From: Candidatus Binatia bacterium
GTDB lineage: Bacteria; Desulfobacterota; Binatia; UBA9968
Length of the DNA stretch: 64,000 bases
Assembly (NCBI GenBank): GCA_036504975.1
Contig: DASXUF010000105.1
Location: forward strand, 67,728 to 131,727
Reading direction: 5' to 3'
This document shows positions 18,968 to 30,103 of this stretch, in pieces. A program made the position numbers and the translations under genes. Within the stretch, counting starts at the first letter, position 1. Every line of letters starts with the position of its first letter. The notes beneath the pieces were generated by a model. It searched no databases, was not told where the DNA came from, and was given only the letters and a program-made list of their open reading frames with translations.

Positions 18968-19058
18968 CCGTTCACCCTTCGACTCGCTCAGGGCGAACGG
19001 GACAAGGGTTAAGATCGTTTATAATTTTCCGTTCATGCTGAGCTTGTCGAAGCATGAG
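18968..19058. repeat. Paired-hairpin repeat element, copy 2 (CCGTTCACCC-ttcgactcgctca-GGGCGAACGG, 28-nt spacer, CCGTTCATGC-tgagcttgtcga-AGCATGAG)
   Basis: Same family as 11252-11340 and 35153-35242. Confidence 0.6.
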
Positions 19059-19063
19059 AAGCT

Positions 19064-20197
19064 CTACGGGCGGAGTTTACCGAAGAAGCCGCTTTGTTCG
19101 ATCTCTTTCAGGAGACCGTTGTCGATGAAATCCGCCGCCTTCGCTTCGCGGGCATCCTTCGATTCGATGCTTTTGAGAATCCTGGCTACTCCTTCAGAGC
19201 GGACGTAAGGAATGGCATCGCCCGTGTGGCGCACGCCGTAAACCTGGTACAGCTCGCTCAGGATTTCCGCGTCCGTGACCCGGGTATATTTGGCCAGCAC
19301 TTTCATGCTGAATTCTTTGTCGGTTCTGAGGCGGTGCAGCCCGTGAATGAATCCCCGCAGGAACTTCACCACCGTTTCTCGGTTCGAGCGGATGTAAGAC
19401 TTGCGGGTCGAGAGCGGCGTGTTGGGAAAAACGATGCCGAGTTGGCCGACGTCGGCCAGCTCATATAAGCCCAACTTTTTCGCGCGGAAGTTGCTCGGCG
19501 AAGACAGGACCGCCGCGTCCAACGCGCCGGAGCTCACTCCCGCCTGGCTCTCCGGCATGCCGCCCGTCTGCAACACGGTCACGTCGCGCCCCCTCTGAAG
19601 TCCCCACCGCTCCAGAGCGAAATCGAGCGCCAGGTCGGTCGATCCGCCGAGCCGCGTCACGCCGACTTTTTTTCCCTTCAAGTCGGGCGGATTTTTAATC
19701 TCCGGCCGGGACATGATCGAGAAAACCATCGCGTTGCCGGTGTTGGCGATCAAAACCAGATCCGCCCCTCTGAGCGAAGCGTTGACGACGGGAACCGACG
19801 GCCCGAAGGCGAACTGAACGTCGCCGCCGAGCATCGATTGTATCAACAGCGAGCCGCCGCCGATGTAGAGGAGCTTTGTTTCGAGCCCTTCGCGGCGGAA
19901 ATAATCCGCGTCTTGCGCCACCCATAGAGGCGCCATCGCGCCGCTGATCGCGCTGTAGGCGACGTGAATCGAGGCGCCGAACGCGTCGCCAGTCGAAGAA
20001 ATGAGCGACAAAACAACGGCGAGAAAAAATCCTTTCCAAAGATACTTGAAATTTCCCCTTGAATTTGGCTTACAGAATCGGAATAAGAATGCCTCGCGCC
20101 AAGACGCAAGGCGCGCCAAGTCCGGAGAAAGATTTCTTTCTTTGCGCTCTTGGCGTCTTGGCGCGATAAATTTTCTTGAAGTCGTTCTGTTCGACAT
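19064..20197 (-). CDS. NMT1/SsuA-like substrate-binding protein (start uncertain; long structured 5' region)
   Basis: Mature part is homologous to 12434..13414; no canonical start codon lies next to the signal peptide; ATG 20197 gives a ~55-aa N-terminal extension. Confidence 0.6.
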   Translation of the reverse strand: MSNRTTSRKFIAPRRQERKERNLSPDLARLASWREAFLFRFCKPNSRGNFKYLWKGFFLAVVLSLISSTGDAFGASIHVAYSAISGAMAPLWVAQDADYFRREGLETKLLYIGGGSLLIQSMLGGDVQFAFGPSVPVVNASLRGADLVLIANTGNAMVFSIMSRPEIKNPPDLKGKKVGVTRLGGSTDLALDFALERWGLQRGRDVTVLQTGGMPESQAGVSSGALDAAVLSSPSNFRAKKLGLYELADVGQLGIVFPNTPLSTRKSYIRSNRETVVKFLRGFIHGLHRLRTDKEFSMKVLAKYTRVTDAEILSELYQVYGVRHTGDAIPYVRSEGVARILKSIESKDAREAKAADFIDNGLLKEIEQSGFFGKLRP

Positions 20198-20212
20198 TTC
20201 AAAAGTAAGTAT

Positions 20213-21454
20213 CTAACATCTTGTGACGGTGCTCGATTTCTTGGAGGCGCCCTTGGCCCGCACGCCGGTGAATGAATCGATCTTGACCACTTCTCCGGCG
20301 CGCTCTTGGGTTAAAACTCCTTTCGGGATGCGGCCGTCCTGGACGGCTCGGATGCCGTCGAGAATCAGTTTTCTCAGTAGAATGACGCCGCGATCCGAGG
20401 TCGCCAGTTGCTCCTTCCGCGCGTCGATAACCGTCTGGGTCGCCTGGCACGCGATGTCCTCGCGCCTGACGCTGCCGCGAAAGGCGGCGTATTTCCGTTC
20501 GTCGTATGCCTTTTTTTCTTCTTTGGGAGTTAATTCGCGCGAGGGCGAGAGCTTCTCGAAAAACTTCGGGTCCGGACCGGTATAATAGTTGACCGTGAAG
20601 AGCGTGAAACGCTCGTCGTCGTTCGGCGTCAAGAACATGAAGTGCACGTTGTGCGAGCCGGTGCCCAGTGATTCCTTTGGTTGTTTGAAATGGGTGAACT
20701 CGGTATCGCCGATCTGCAGAATGCTCGGCAGGGCGAAGCTCTTTTCATCCACGTACTCCGTCTCCGGCGTTGGTCCGGGCTTGCGCGAAATGACTTTCAT
20801 GCCGTAGCCAGTTTCCACGGCGTCGAACGGCGGTATGTCCTTAAAGCTGAAGAACCAGCTTCTCCAGGTGCCGTCATTGGGGTCGCTGCGATGTAAGATG
20901 GAAAAGTGCACAGGATCGGCGCCATTCTCGATAAAGTTGAGCCAGTTGTAGTCGTAGTGGCGCGTGCTTTCCAGCGATCTCCGCCCTTTTTCATCGACCA
21001 GAGGATAATAGCGCGGCAGCGGTGGCGGGTCGTCTTGGTCCGGCCCCAGGTACGCGAAGATAAATCCGCCCTGCTCGCGCACCGGACAAGAAAGATGTTT
21101 CACCTTCCGGTGAAACGTGGCCTCTTTCGGCTCGGCCGGTTGTTCCAAGCATTGACCGGAGACATCAAAAAGCCAGCCGTGATACGGACAGCGGATACCT
21201 GTCTCTTCGATGTCGCCGTATTCGAGCGAGGTTCCGCGATGCGGGCAATGCAAACCCAACAAACCTAACTGCCCCCTGCCATCTCGAAACAACACCAACT
21301 CTTCGCCCAGGATCTTTACCCCCAAGGGAATGTCGCGGAGATCCGCCGTCGTCGCGACCGTCAACCAGTATCGCCGGAACCATTCGCCCGCCGGCGTGCC
21401 GGGACCGACGTGAGCCAGGTCGGAGAGGGTAACTTTGCTTTTTTTCCTTTTCAT
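20213..21454 (-). CDS. Rieske non-heme iron oxygenase alpha-subunit-like (paralog of 7763..9001)
   Basis: CPHRG...CPYHGW Rieske motif; near-colinear similarity to the plus-strand copy. Confidence 0.8.
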   Translation of the reverse strand: MKRKKSKVTLSDLAHVGPGTPAGEWFRRYWLTVATTADLRDIPLGVKILGEELVLFRDGRGQLGLLGLHCPHRGTSLEYGDIEETGIRCPYHGWLFDVSGQCLEQPAEPKEATFHRKVKHLSCPVREQGGFIFAYLGPDQDDPPPLPRYYPLVDEKGRRSLESTRHYDYNWLNFIENGADPVHFSILHRSDPNDGTWRSWFFSFKDIPPFDAVETGYGMKVISRKPGPTPETEYVDEKSFALPSILQIGDTEFTHFKQPKESLGTGSHNVHFMFLTPNDDERFTLFTVNYYTGPDPKFFEKLSPSRELTPKEEKKAYDERKYAAFRGSVRREDIACQATQTVIDARKEQLATSDRGVILLRKLILDGIRAVQDGRIPKGVLTQERAGEVVKIDSFTGVRAKGASKKSSTVTRC

Positions 21455-21572
21455 GCGTCCAACGGGGACCCAGAATATTTGCCCGTGAAGATCATGTCAA
21501 TTTCAAACTATTTAGAGTTCGGTTTAAATTTTCTTGACCGAGAAGAGGGCCGCTCGACGCCGTGGAAACCGG

Positions 21573-22421
21573 TTACGGCAGGTGGTTTTCCCAAACGTGC
21601 TTGGCTTCGAAGCCGAGAAGTTTGCGGGCTCGGGTGGAATCCAGGCCGCTCCAGTTACCCGCGAGCTCCGGCCGGGCTTTTTTCACGCCGGGAAAATAGC
21701 GGCGCAACAGAACGTCCGTCGGCTCTCGCACCGTGCTCGTCGGCGCGGCGGCGATCAGCGCCACATGCCCGCGCAGATCCTTCTCCACCGCCAGCCGGCA
21801 GGCGACGGCACCGTCGCGCGCGTCGATGTAACTCCAGAATCGGCCCAGCTTGACGCTCGGATCCTGCCACTTCTCGGCGAAGGTCTGATAGCTCAAATCG
21901 AAATGGACCCCGGGAAGGCGCAAACTGCAAATGCTGATATCGTGAGCGGCGGCGAAAGAATCGGCAATTTTTTCTCCGACGACTTTCGATAGACCGTAGG
22001 GGTCCTGCGGCTTGCACGGATGCTTTTCGTCGAGCGGCAGATAGTCCGGCAAAAACGGCTTATGCGCGTATAAAAAACCGAACGCCGCCGTGCTCGAGGC
22101 GATCACGACGCGGCGAATCCCCTCTCTCGTCGCCCCGTGGAGCAGATTGTAGACTGCGGTAACGTTGTTGCCGAACGTCTCGCAGTCCGGCGCAATCGCC
22201 GGCGCCTGGTAGGCGCCGAGGTGAACGACGCCGTCCGCGCGTTCGAGAGCCCGGTAGACGTCTTCCGCGTGCGCGAGATCGACGATCCGCGAAGGGCAGA
22301 TTTCCGTCGGGGGAGCGACCCGGTCGAGGCTGAGGACATCGTAATCGTAATCCAGCAGTTCGTGGATCACATGCTGCCCCAACCGCCCGCTCCCGCCCGT
22401 GACGACGATTCTTTGAGCCAT
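21573..22421 (-). CDS. NAD-dependent epimerase/dehydratase family protein (paralog)
   Basis: IVVTGGSGRLGQ start; similar to 18058..18954. Confidence 0.75.
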   Translation of the reverse strand: MAQRIVVTGGSGRLGQHVIHELLDYDYDVLSLDRVAPPTEICPSRIVDLAHAEDVYRALERADGVVHLGAYQAPAIAPDCETFGNNVTAVYNLLHGATREGIRRVVIASSTAAFGFLYAHKPFLPDYLPLDEKHPCKPQDPYGLSKVVGEKIADSFAAAHDISICSLRLPGVHFDLSYQTFAEKWQDPSVKLGRFWSYIDARDGAVACRLAVEKDLRGHVALIAAAPTSTVREPTDVLLRRYFPGVKKARPELAGNWSGLDSTRARKLLGFEAKHVWENHLP

Positions 22422-22469
22422 GATTAAAACTTATGGGCGTCCATTAGGTGCATGAAGTGATCAGGAATT

Positions 22470-22754
22470 TTACTCCTTGAGCGGCAAGATCTGTTCGTCT
22501 GGCTCAAGTTTACGTAATCGCGGGCCCTTTTTCTCTTCTGACCCTAAATCAAACCGTGAGCCAATCGGTTCTTTAGAGGGCCGGAGAGGACGCCAGCCAG
22601 AATTGGTGAGCATGTCAGCCTCCGAACTGAGCCGGTTGATTCGCACGATTCGTTGACCCATCTTCTCATATCTGTAAGGTGTAAGAATTCCGAGCGCAAC
22701 GACTGCAAACAAGATCGCTATAAGCGCCCAGTGAAGCCAATCGAGCCTCTTCAT
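22470..22754 (-). CDS. Hypothetical small membrane protein (first gene of low-GC islet)
   Basis: ATG 22754 (MKRLDWLHWALIAILFAVVALGIL); one TM helix; no known domain. Confidence 0.4.
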   Translation of the reverse strand: MKRLDWLHWALIAILFAVVALGILTPYRYEKMGQRIVRINRLSSEADMLTNSGWRPLRPSKEPIGSRFDLGSEEKKGPRLRKLEPDEQILPLKE

Positions 22755-22983
22755 CTTCTCACCCCAGCGGTAGGAATGGAAATAGTATGGTTTGTTTTTT
22801 CGTCTCGCCCTTCCTGCCTCGAAAACGGATTTTCCCACGCTGGTCGTGCACTAGTCAACAAAGATTTTCCTTGCCTTTTGCCGGGCCACCCTTAAACTGA
22901 GAAAAGAAAAAGGGGTTTACTTGAGCTGATTAACGAACGGCCGGGAGATTCTCTCACGCTCGGCCTGGCGCCTTCCCTTTCAA

Positions 22984-23006
22984 AGAGAGAGAGAGAGAGA
23001 GAGAGA
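22984..23006. repeat. (AG)n dinucleotide microsatellite, ~11.5 units, immediately upstream of ATG 23019
   Basis: agagagagagagagagagagaga read directly; ends 12 nt before the start codon. Confidence 0.9.
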
Positions 23007-23018
23007 CGGTGAGAGAGC

Positions 23019-23864
23019 ATGTCGCAAATACCTAGTAAATCTCCACTTAACTTCCTTCACCCGTCCGCCGCTCTGGATCTAGAGGACATCCTAAAAAAGA
23101 CTGATAATGTGGAACGGATTGCAGAGGCTTTCCGGAAATATTTTCAAGGCAACCTTTTCCGAGCTACCTGCCCAGATGATTCCGGTGATCCAGCGCAAAG
23201 GATGACGGAAGTGCTTTGCCGGGCTGTAGTTGAAAAACTTAGGCGGTATTTCCCCAAAGAAACTTCACGCGATGGGTCAACCCTGATCCGTTGGCACCCA
23301 GAGCAGACTGCGGTGTTTTTAAATCAGGCTCTCGGCTATCTGATTGATGTCTGGATTAATGATTTCGGGAAAAGGCCCGCCGATGATCCTGTTGTAAGAT
23401 GCGAAAGGCTTTTGCCTAGAATAGCCAAATGGCCTCATCTAGACATGCGCGGCAGGCCTCAGCATGGAAATGTCTTTCAACTAATTTACCTAGCAACATA
23501 CGAAGATGTAATGAAATGCCTGACAGAGTATCCCAGAAAATCGAGAGGACGATTTCCTCACGATGATAGAGACCGGCGCCGAAAATTCCTAGCCACTATC
23601 TTTACTGAGCTTCCTCAAGTACCGGGCCGCAAAGGCCGATGCCTTTTCCATCCGCAATCCGGCGAGCTTTTCCTTGAGGCAACAGAACAGGATATAGAAA
23701 TTTGGATTGATCTCTCACGCCATGCCTTGGCCATGGAGATCACCTGCCGAGTAGTTAATAAAACACTAGCGGCAGACTGGCAGGAAGGTGGGCTTAGCCC
23801 CGAATCGCTTCATCGTCTTCTTCCACGTCTTAGAACCCTCTCGCACTTCATTGACGGCGCTTGA
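23019..23864 (+). CDS. Hypothetical protein (no recognisable domain), low-GC islet
   Basis: 281-aa ORF with ATG start; local GC ~48-50% vs ~65% flanks. Confidence 0.5.
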   Translation: MSQIPSKSPLNFLHPSAALDLEDILKKTDNVERIAEAFRKYFQGNLFRATCPDDSGDPAQRMTEVLCRAVVEKLRRYFPKETSRDGSTLIRWHPEQTAVFLNQALGYLIDVWINDFGKRPADDPVVRCERLLPRIAKWPHLDMRGRPQHGNVFQLIYLATYEDVMKCLTEYPRKSRGRFPHDDRDRRRKFLATIFTELPQVPGRKGRCLFHPQSGELFLEATEQDIEIWIDLSRHALAMEITCRVVNKTLAADWQEGGLSPESLHRLLPRLRTLSHFIDGA

Positions 23865-24167
23865 GTCGCTTACAGAAGTAGAACTCACTCGTTATCTCTT
23901 TCGATCTTTGACACGGCTGCATAAACTTGCAGCATGTTTCAGAAAATCAAAGATGCCACAAGTGATAACGTATTGATCGGGAGGGTCCGATGATTACAAG
24001 GTTCCAATTTAAAGGGCCAAGGCGAATCTTGAGCTTTGACTACATGGGGCCACCGTGGACTTTTGTCGTCTTAATTTCGCTGCTAGGAGTTGCTCTCGCT
24101 CTAGTCCTGTCGTTGTTGAAGTTTCTGAAATAACGCGAGGAAGAGCACCGTGATCAGTGGATGTGAC

Positions 24168-24689
24168 TTATTCCCAGGTTCGGAACCTTTGGTGGGCTTG
24201 CTGTGTTTCTCGCAGGACTTTTTCCCATTCTTTTTTGAGCGGCTTCACGCTGAGTTGGGTAATCACGAGTCTGAGGATCTCTTCCAATGAAATGCGCCGC
24301 GTCGGTAAATGCAGCTTGGCAAGAATGCCGCCATGAACGTGCAAGTGCGGGTAATCGTACTGCGGCGTAGATGTCGGATGCCAATGATAGGCGAACAACT
24401 CGCGCCCCTGCTTGTCCTGAACGGCGTAAAGATACGCCACGGTTGAAACCTTCCATGGCCCAAATTGTCCCGGCGCCTCCGTGACCTTGTAATGCATCAG
24501 TACGGTGAGGAGCAGAACGGGATTGGAGCGGAGACTTACAGGATTACCGTTGTTCAGTACCACTGCGTGACGTTGATTGGACGGATCGGAGCCGCTTGTG
24601 ACCAACACGGATTTCGTAATGCAGGAAACAGCCCGGTTTAGCGGCTCAAGGAAATTGCGAACTGCTTGATGGGGAGAATTACCCGCCAA
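24168..24689 (-). CDS. Hypothetical protein, low-GC islet; overlaps upstream small gene by 11 nt
   Basis: 173-aa ORF; no motif recognised. Confidence 0.4.
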   Translation of the reverse strand: MAGNSPHQAVRNFLEPLNRAVSCITKSVLVTSGSDPSNQRHAVVLNNGNPVSLRSNPVLLLTVLMHYKVTEAPGQFGPWKVSTVAYLYAVQDKQGRELFAYHWHPTSTPQYDYPHLHVHGGILAKLHLPTRRISLEEILRLVITQLSVKPLKKEWEKVLRETQQAHQRFRTWE

Positions 24690-24918
24690 AAGGAAGTAGG
24701 AAAGCGACCCTCATGACTTCGGGTCGATCGGGGTTTTTAATTTGCTTCGCCCTCCACTTGCGGGCAAATTCCGGCCCGCTCATGCGAAGATAGCGGCGCG
24801 CCTGCCGGTCGAGAAGTTTTTCACCCTCCTCGCGGCTAAGTACTCTGAACCCGTTTTTGCCGTTCTTCTTCATGGTTTCGAGGTTAGCAAAAGACAAGAC
24901 GGAAGGCAATGCGAGCAA
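24679..24918 (-). CDS. Hypothetical small basic protein (likely start ATG 24873, ~64 aa)
   Basis: MKKNGKNGFRVLSREEGEKLLDRQARRYLRMSGPEFARKW...; co-oriented and overlapping with 24168..24689. Confidence 0.35.
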   Translation of the reverse strand: MLALPSVLSFANLETMKKNGKNGFRVLSREEGEKLLDRQARRYLRMSGPEFARKWRAKQIKNPDRPEVMRVAFLLPFGG

Positions 24919-25012
24919 TGGAACAATAGAGCAGTAGACCGCATTTCCGTATTGTCCATTGTTCCAATGTCCAATACTCCAATGCTCTAAATTTTTTGTG
25001 AAACAAAAAATT

Positions 25013-25086
25013 TGGGCCCACCTGGATTCGAACCAGGGACCGACCGGTTATGAGCCGGTAGCTCTAACCAGCTGAGCTATGGGCCC
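25013..25086 (-). tRNA. tRNA with CAU anticodon (elongator Met or lysidine-type Ile2), 74 nt, CCA not encoded
   Basis: Folds as GGGCCCA/TGGGCCC acceptor, GCTC/GAGC D-stem, ACCGG-CTCATAA-CCGGT anticodon arm, CCTGG-TTCGAAT-CCAGG T-arm. Confidence 0.85.
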
Positions 25087-25226
25087 GCGAGAAAATAACG
25101 ATGAATGTTGAATTGTGAGTTTTGAATTCACCCGAAGAGGCTCTCGCGATTACTTTGAGTTCTTTGTGTTCTTTGCGGTTCTCTTCTTTAACCACAGAGA
25201 ACGCAAAGGTCGGAGAAACCCGCAGC

Positions 25227-27011
<1,785 letters not shown>

Positions 27012-27049
27012 TTTCTCGCGCTTGACCGGGTCTCGGTTCTGGGGCCGGC

Positions 27050-28825
27050 TCACTGGCGTATGAGCTGCCGCTCTCTTCGGTCGACCTCTTGCCATTCGAG
27101 CATCCTTTCTCTTTTAGTCTTCTCGTCCTTCTTCTCTTCCGCGATCCGGATCGCCTGCCTGAGATCCCGCTTCAGACCGGTCAAATGCCGCTTATACAGA
27201 TCGGCGATCAGATCCCCCATCATCTTTTCGGACTCGTCTTCGGCAATGGTTTCCGCCTCCAGGACCAGGCCCGCGATCTTGGATGCGCGTTCGGAGGAAA
27301 ACCTTTCGGCCAGGCCGGCCGCATCGACGCTGTTCCGTTTACGCCACTCGGTGAGCATCTCCTGAAGAATTTCGTTCCATGCGGGGCTCAGCAAGGATTG
27401 CAACTCGGATTCCTTCTCCACGCGCTCGATCATGGCGGGAAAACGAAGCATGAGCGCGATCAGCAGGCGCTCGGTTTTCTCCTTGCCCGCCTCTGGAAGG
27501 GCTCCGGCGGACGGCGGCGCAGCGGCCGGCCGCTTGCCCTCGCCCGCTTGGCGCAGCGCCTCGCGCAAGAGATTCTCCCGAATGCCCAGTCTATCGGCCG
27601 CCGTCGCGGCTAACAGATCGGCCTCGAGTGGATTGCGCACTTTCGCCAGCACCCGACTCATCTCCTGGGCGATTTGGCTCTTTCCCTCCAAACTTGACCC
27701 GTAACGTTCTCTTAACCAGGTAAAATAGAAATCTGCAAGGGGACTAGCCAGGTCAAGGATCTGTTTTTCCAGAGCCTCTTTTCCTTTCGAACGGACAAAG
27801 GTGTCAGGGTCTTCTCCTTTGGGCAAGAAGGCACCGAGCCCTAACAGGCCGCCTTCGATGAAAATCTCAAGGCTCCGGGCCGCGGCCTTTCTTCCCGCCT
27901 CGTCGCCGTCGAAAAGAACAATGATTTTTTTCGTGTAGCGTCCCAGCATGCGCACGTGGTCCGGCGTCAGCGCGGTGCCGAGCGTCGCCACCGCGTCGGC
28001 GACGCCGAACTGCGCCAGGGCGACGACGTCTAAGTATCCTTCCACGACCAGGACGCGGTCCGTCTCGCGAATCCGCTCCCTGGCCTGGTATAGACCGTAC
28101 ACGGTCGACCCCTTGCGAAACAGCGGCGTCTCGGCCGAGTTGAGATACTTGGGCATCCCCTGGCCGAGGACCCGGCCGCCGAAGCCGACGATTTTTCCCG
28201 CGGCGTCGGCGATCGGAAACATGACCCGGCCGAAGAATTTTTCTCCGTAGCGCTCCCCGCCCCGGTCGCTCAAGAGTCCCAGGCGGATCGCGTCCTTCAG
28301 CGAGAGCCCTTCTTTTTTAAGGAAGGCGGCAAGACCCTGACCGGTCTCGGGCGCATAGCCGAGATCGAAGCGGCGCGCCGTTGGCTCATCAACCCCGCGC
28401 GACTTGAGATACTGGAGCGCGCGTCTCCCCTCGCCCTGGCCGAAGAGGAGCCCATGAAAATAGGCCGCCGCTCTTTCGTTCAAACGATAAAGAGATTCTC
28501 TCTGCTCGGCGTCTCTTCTCGCGCCGGGCGCCTGGAGCCGCTCGACGACGATTCCATAGCGCTTGCCGACCCGCTCCACCGCCTCGGGGAAGCTCAGATG
28601 ATCGTACTGCATCAGGAAATGGAAAACGCTCCCTCCCGCGCCGCAGCCGAAGCAGTGAAAGATGCCTTTTTCCTCGTTGACGGTAAAGGAAGGAGTCTTT
28701 TCGGAGTGAAACGGGCAGAGCCCGAGATGATTGCGGCCGGTTTTCTTGAGGGTCAGATAGTCCGAGATCACCTCCACGATGGAAGCGCGATCGCGGATCT
28801 CGATGATCTTTTCTTCCGGGATCAT
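27050..28825 (-). CDS. dnaG: DNA primase DnaG
   Basis: Zinc-ribbon [13 protein letters not shown]...HCFGCG and TOPRIM EGYLDVV...DGDEAG motifs. Confidence 0.9.
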   Translation of the reverse strand: MIPEEKIIEIRDRASIVEVISDYLTLKKTGRNHLGLCPFHSEKTPSFTVNEEKGIFHCFGCGAGGSVFHFLMQYDHLSFPEAVERVGKRYGIVVERLQAPGARRDAEQRESLYRLNERAAAYFHGLLFGQGEGRRALQYLKSRGVDEPTARRFDLGYAPETGQGLAAFLKKEGLSLKDAIRLGLLSDRGGERYGEKFFGRVMFPIADAAGKIVGFGGRVLGQGMPKYLNSAETPLFRKGSTVYGLYQARERIRETDRVLVVEGYLDVVALAQFGVADAVATLGTALTPDHVRMLGRYTKKIIVLFDGDEAGRKAAARSLEIFIEGGLLGLGAFLPKGEDPDTFVRSKGKEALEKQILDLASPLADFYFTWLRERYGSSLEGKSQIAQEMSRVLAKVRNPLEADLLAATAADRLGIRENLLREALRQAGEGKRPAAAPPSAGALPEAGKEKTERLLIALMLRFPAMIERVEKESELQSLLSPAWNEILQEMLTEWRKRNSVDAAGLAERFSSERASKIAGLVLEAETIAEDESEKMMGDLIADLYKRHLTGLKRDLRQAIRIAEEKKDEKTKRERMLEWQEVDRRERQLIRQ

Positions 28826-28834
28826 GAGGCGCGT

Positions 28835-29359
28835 CTACTCTAAAGCACTCACGCTCGCTCGCGACTCTTTCGGCCCCAGCAGCTTGGTCTTGCTCAATTC
28901 GACGAGTTCCGCGGCCAACTGATTGAACGCGGGAACGAGATACGAATGGCCGATCTTCTCCTTCGCCTTTCCCGAAATCAAGGGCGTCGACGTCAGAAAA
29001 AAAATCGCCAGCGCCATGATCGCGGCGCCCTTTCCCGCTCCCAGAACGACGCCCCCGATCCGGTTGATCCCTTGAAGGAAAAGGAGCGATGCGGAGCGAT
29101 GAAGCAGCCAACCGATCAGATTTAAGCTGAAATAAGTCAAAAAGAAAAGGGCCACAAACGTCAGGGCGCGCAAAAAAATGAAAGAGGATTTCCAGCTCTC
29201 CGCCCACAGCGCGGCGACAGGTTGCTCGTAGCGCACCGCGATCATCAAGCCGGCGAAAAGCCCCAGCAGAGAGAACGCCTCGCGGAACAACCCTTTGAAG
29301 TAACCTCTCAGTGCGAAGAGCGAGAGCAGGACGAGCAGGATCGGATCGACGATATTCAC
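28835..29359 (-). CDS. cvpA: CvpA family (colicin V production) membrane protein
   Basis: MNIVDPILLVLLSLFALRGYFKG... typical CvpA N-terminus; multi-TM; 174 aa. Confidence 0.7.
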   Translation of the reverse strand: MNIVDPILLVLLSLFALRGYFKGLFREAFSLLGLFAGLMIAVRYEQPVAALWAESWKSSFIFLRALTFVALFFLTYFSLNLIGWLLHRSASLLFLQGINRIGGVVLGAGKGAAIMALAIFFLTSTPLISGKAKEKIGHSYLVPAFNQLAAELVELSKTKLLGPKESRASVSALE

Positions 29360-29427
29360 CGGCGGGTTACTTCCAGCAATGGCAACGGTCGCGCGTCATC
29401 CGACTCAGAGCGTCCCGGCGTTGCCTA

Positions 29428-29877
29428 TTACGGCGCGCTCAAGATCTCTTTGGCCAGCTCGCTCACCCGCCTGCCGTCGGAGCGGCCGGTGACTTTAGGC
29501 ATGAGCTGCTTCATCACGCGTCCGAGGTCCTGGAGACCCTTGGCGCCCACCTCTTCGATGGAGCTTCGGATCAGCGCACGGACCTCTTCCTCGCTGAGCG
29601 ACTCGGGAAGAAAGCGGCGCAGGACCGCGAGCTCGGCTTCCTCCTGCCGAAGCAGATCGGTCCGGCCGCCCTTGCGAAAAAACTCGATCGATTCCTGGCG
29701 CTGCTTGCAAAGAGTGGCGACGGTCTTGAGAATCTCATCCGGGCTGAGCTCGCGGCGCTGTTTGATCTCTTCGTTATGAAGGGCCGATAACAAAAGCCTG
29801 AGCGTGGACAGGACGACGCGGTCGCCGCTCTTCATCGCGGCTTTCATCCCGTCTTGAATTTCAGACTTGAGTCCCAC
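29428..29877 (-). CDS. GatB/YqeY domain protein
   Basis: 149 aa; conserved YqeY family layout upstream of rpsU as in many bacteria. Confidence 0.7.
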   Translation of the reverse strand: MGLKSEIQDGMKAAMKSGDRVVLSTLRLLLSALHNEEIKQRRELSPDEILKTVATLCKQRQESIEFFRKGGRTDLLRQEEAELAVLRRFLPESLSEEEVRALIRSSIEEVGAKGLQDLGRVMKQLMPKVTGRSDGRRVSELAKEILSAP

Positions 29878-29905
29878 GCTTTGTGAACAGAGCGCGCGGC
29901 GGCGC

Positions 29906-30103
29906 TTAAAAGTAGTGACTCCGCGCCCGGCGCAAGGCCCTTTTTTTCGCCGCTATCGCTTTCTTCTTGCGCTTGACGCTGGGCTTTTCGTAGTGCTCTC
30001 GCTTGCGCAGCTCGGCCAGGATGCCGGCTTTCTCGCACAGTTTTTTAAAGCGCCGAATGGCGCTCTCGATGGACTCGTTATCTCGAACTCGTATTCCCGT
30101 CAT
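29906..30103 (-). CDS. rpsU: 30S ribosomal protein S21
   Basis: [42 protein letters not shown]...; ATG start is internal to the listed ORF, which opens with GTG. Confidence 0.85.
   Translation of the reverse strand: MTGIRVRDNESIESAIRRFKKLCEKAGILAELRKREHYEKPSVKRKKKAIAAKKRALRRARSHYF

Noticed and set aside
22872-22890. Direct repeat of the tRNA 3' end (ccgggccaccc) as attR of the low-GC islet
   Set aside because: The 8/9-nt match is too short to distinguish from chance; noted as a weak candidate only.
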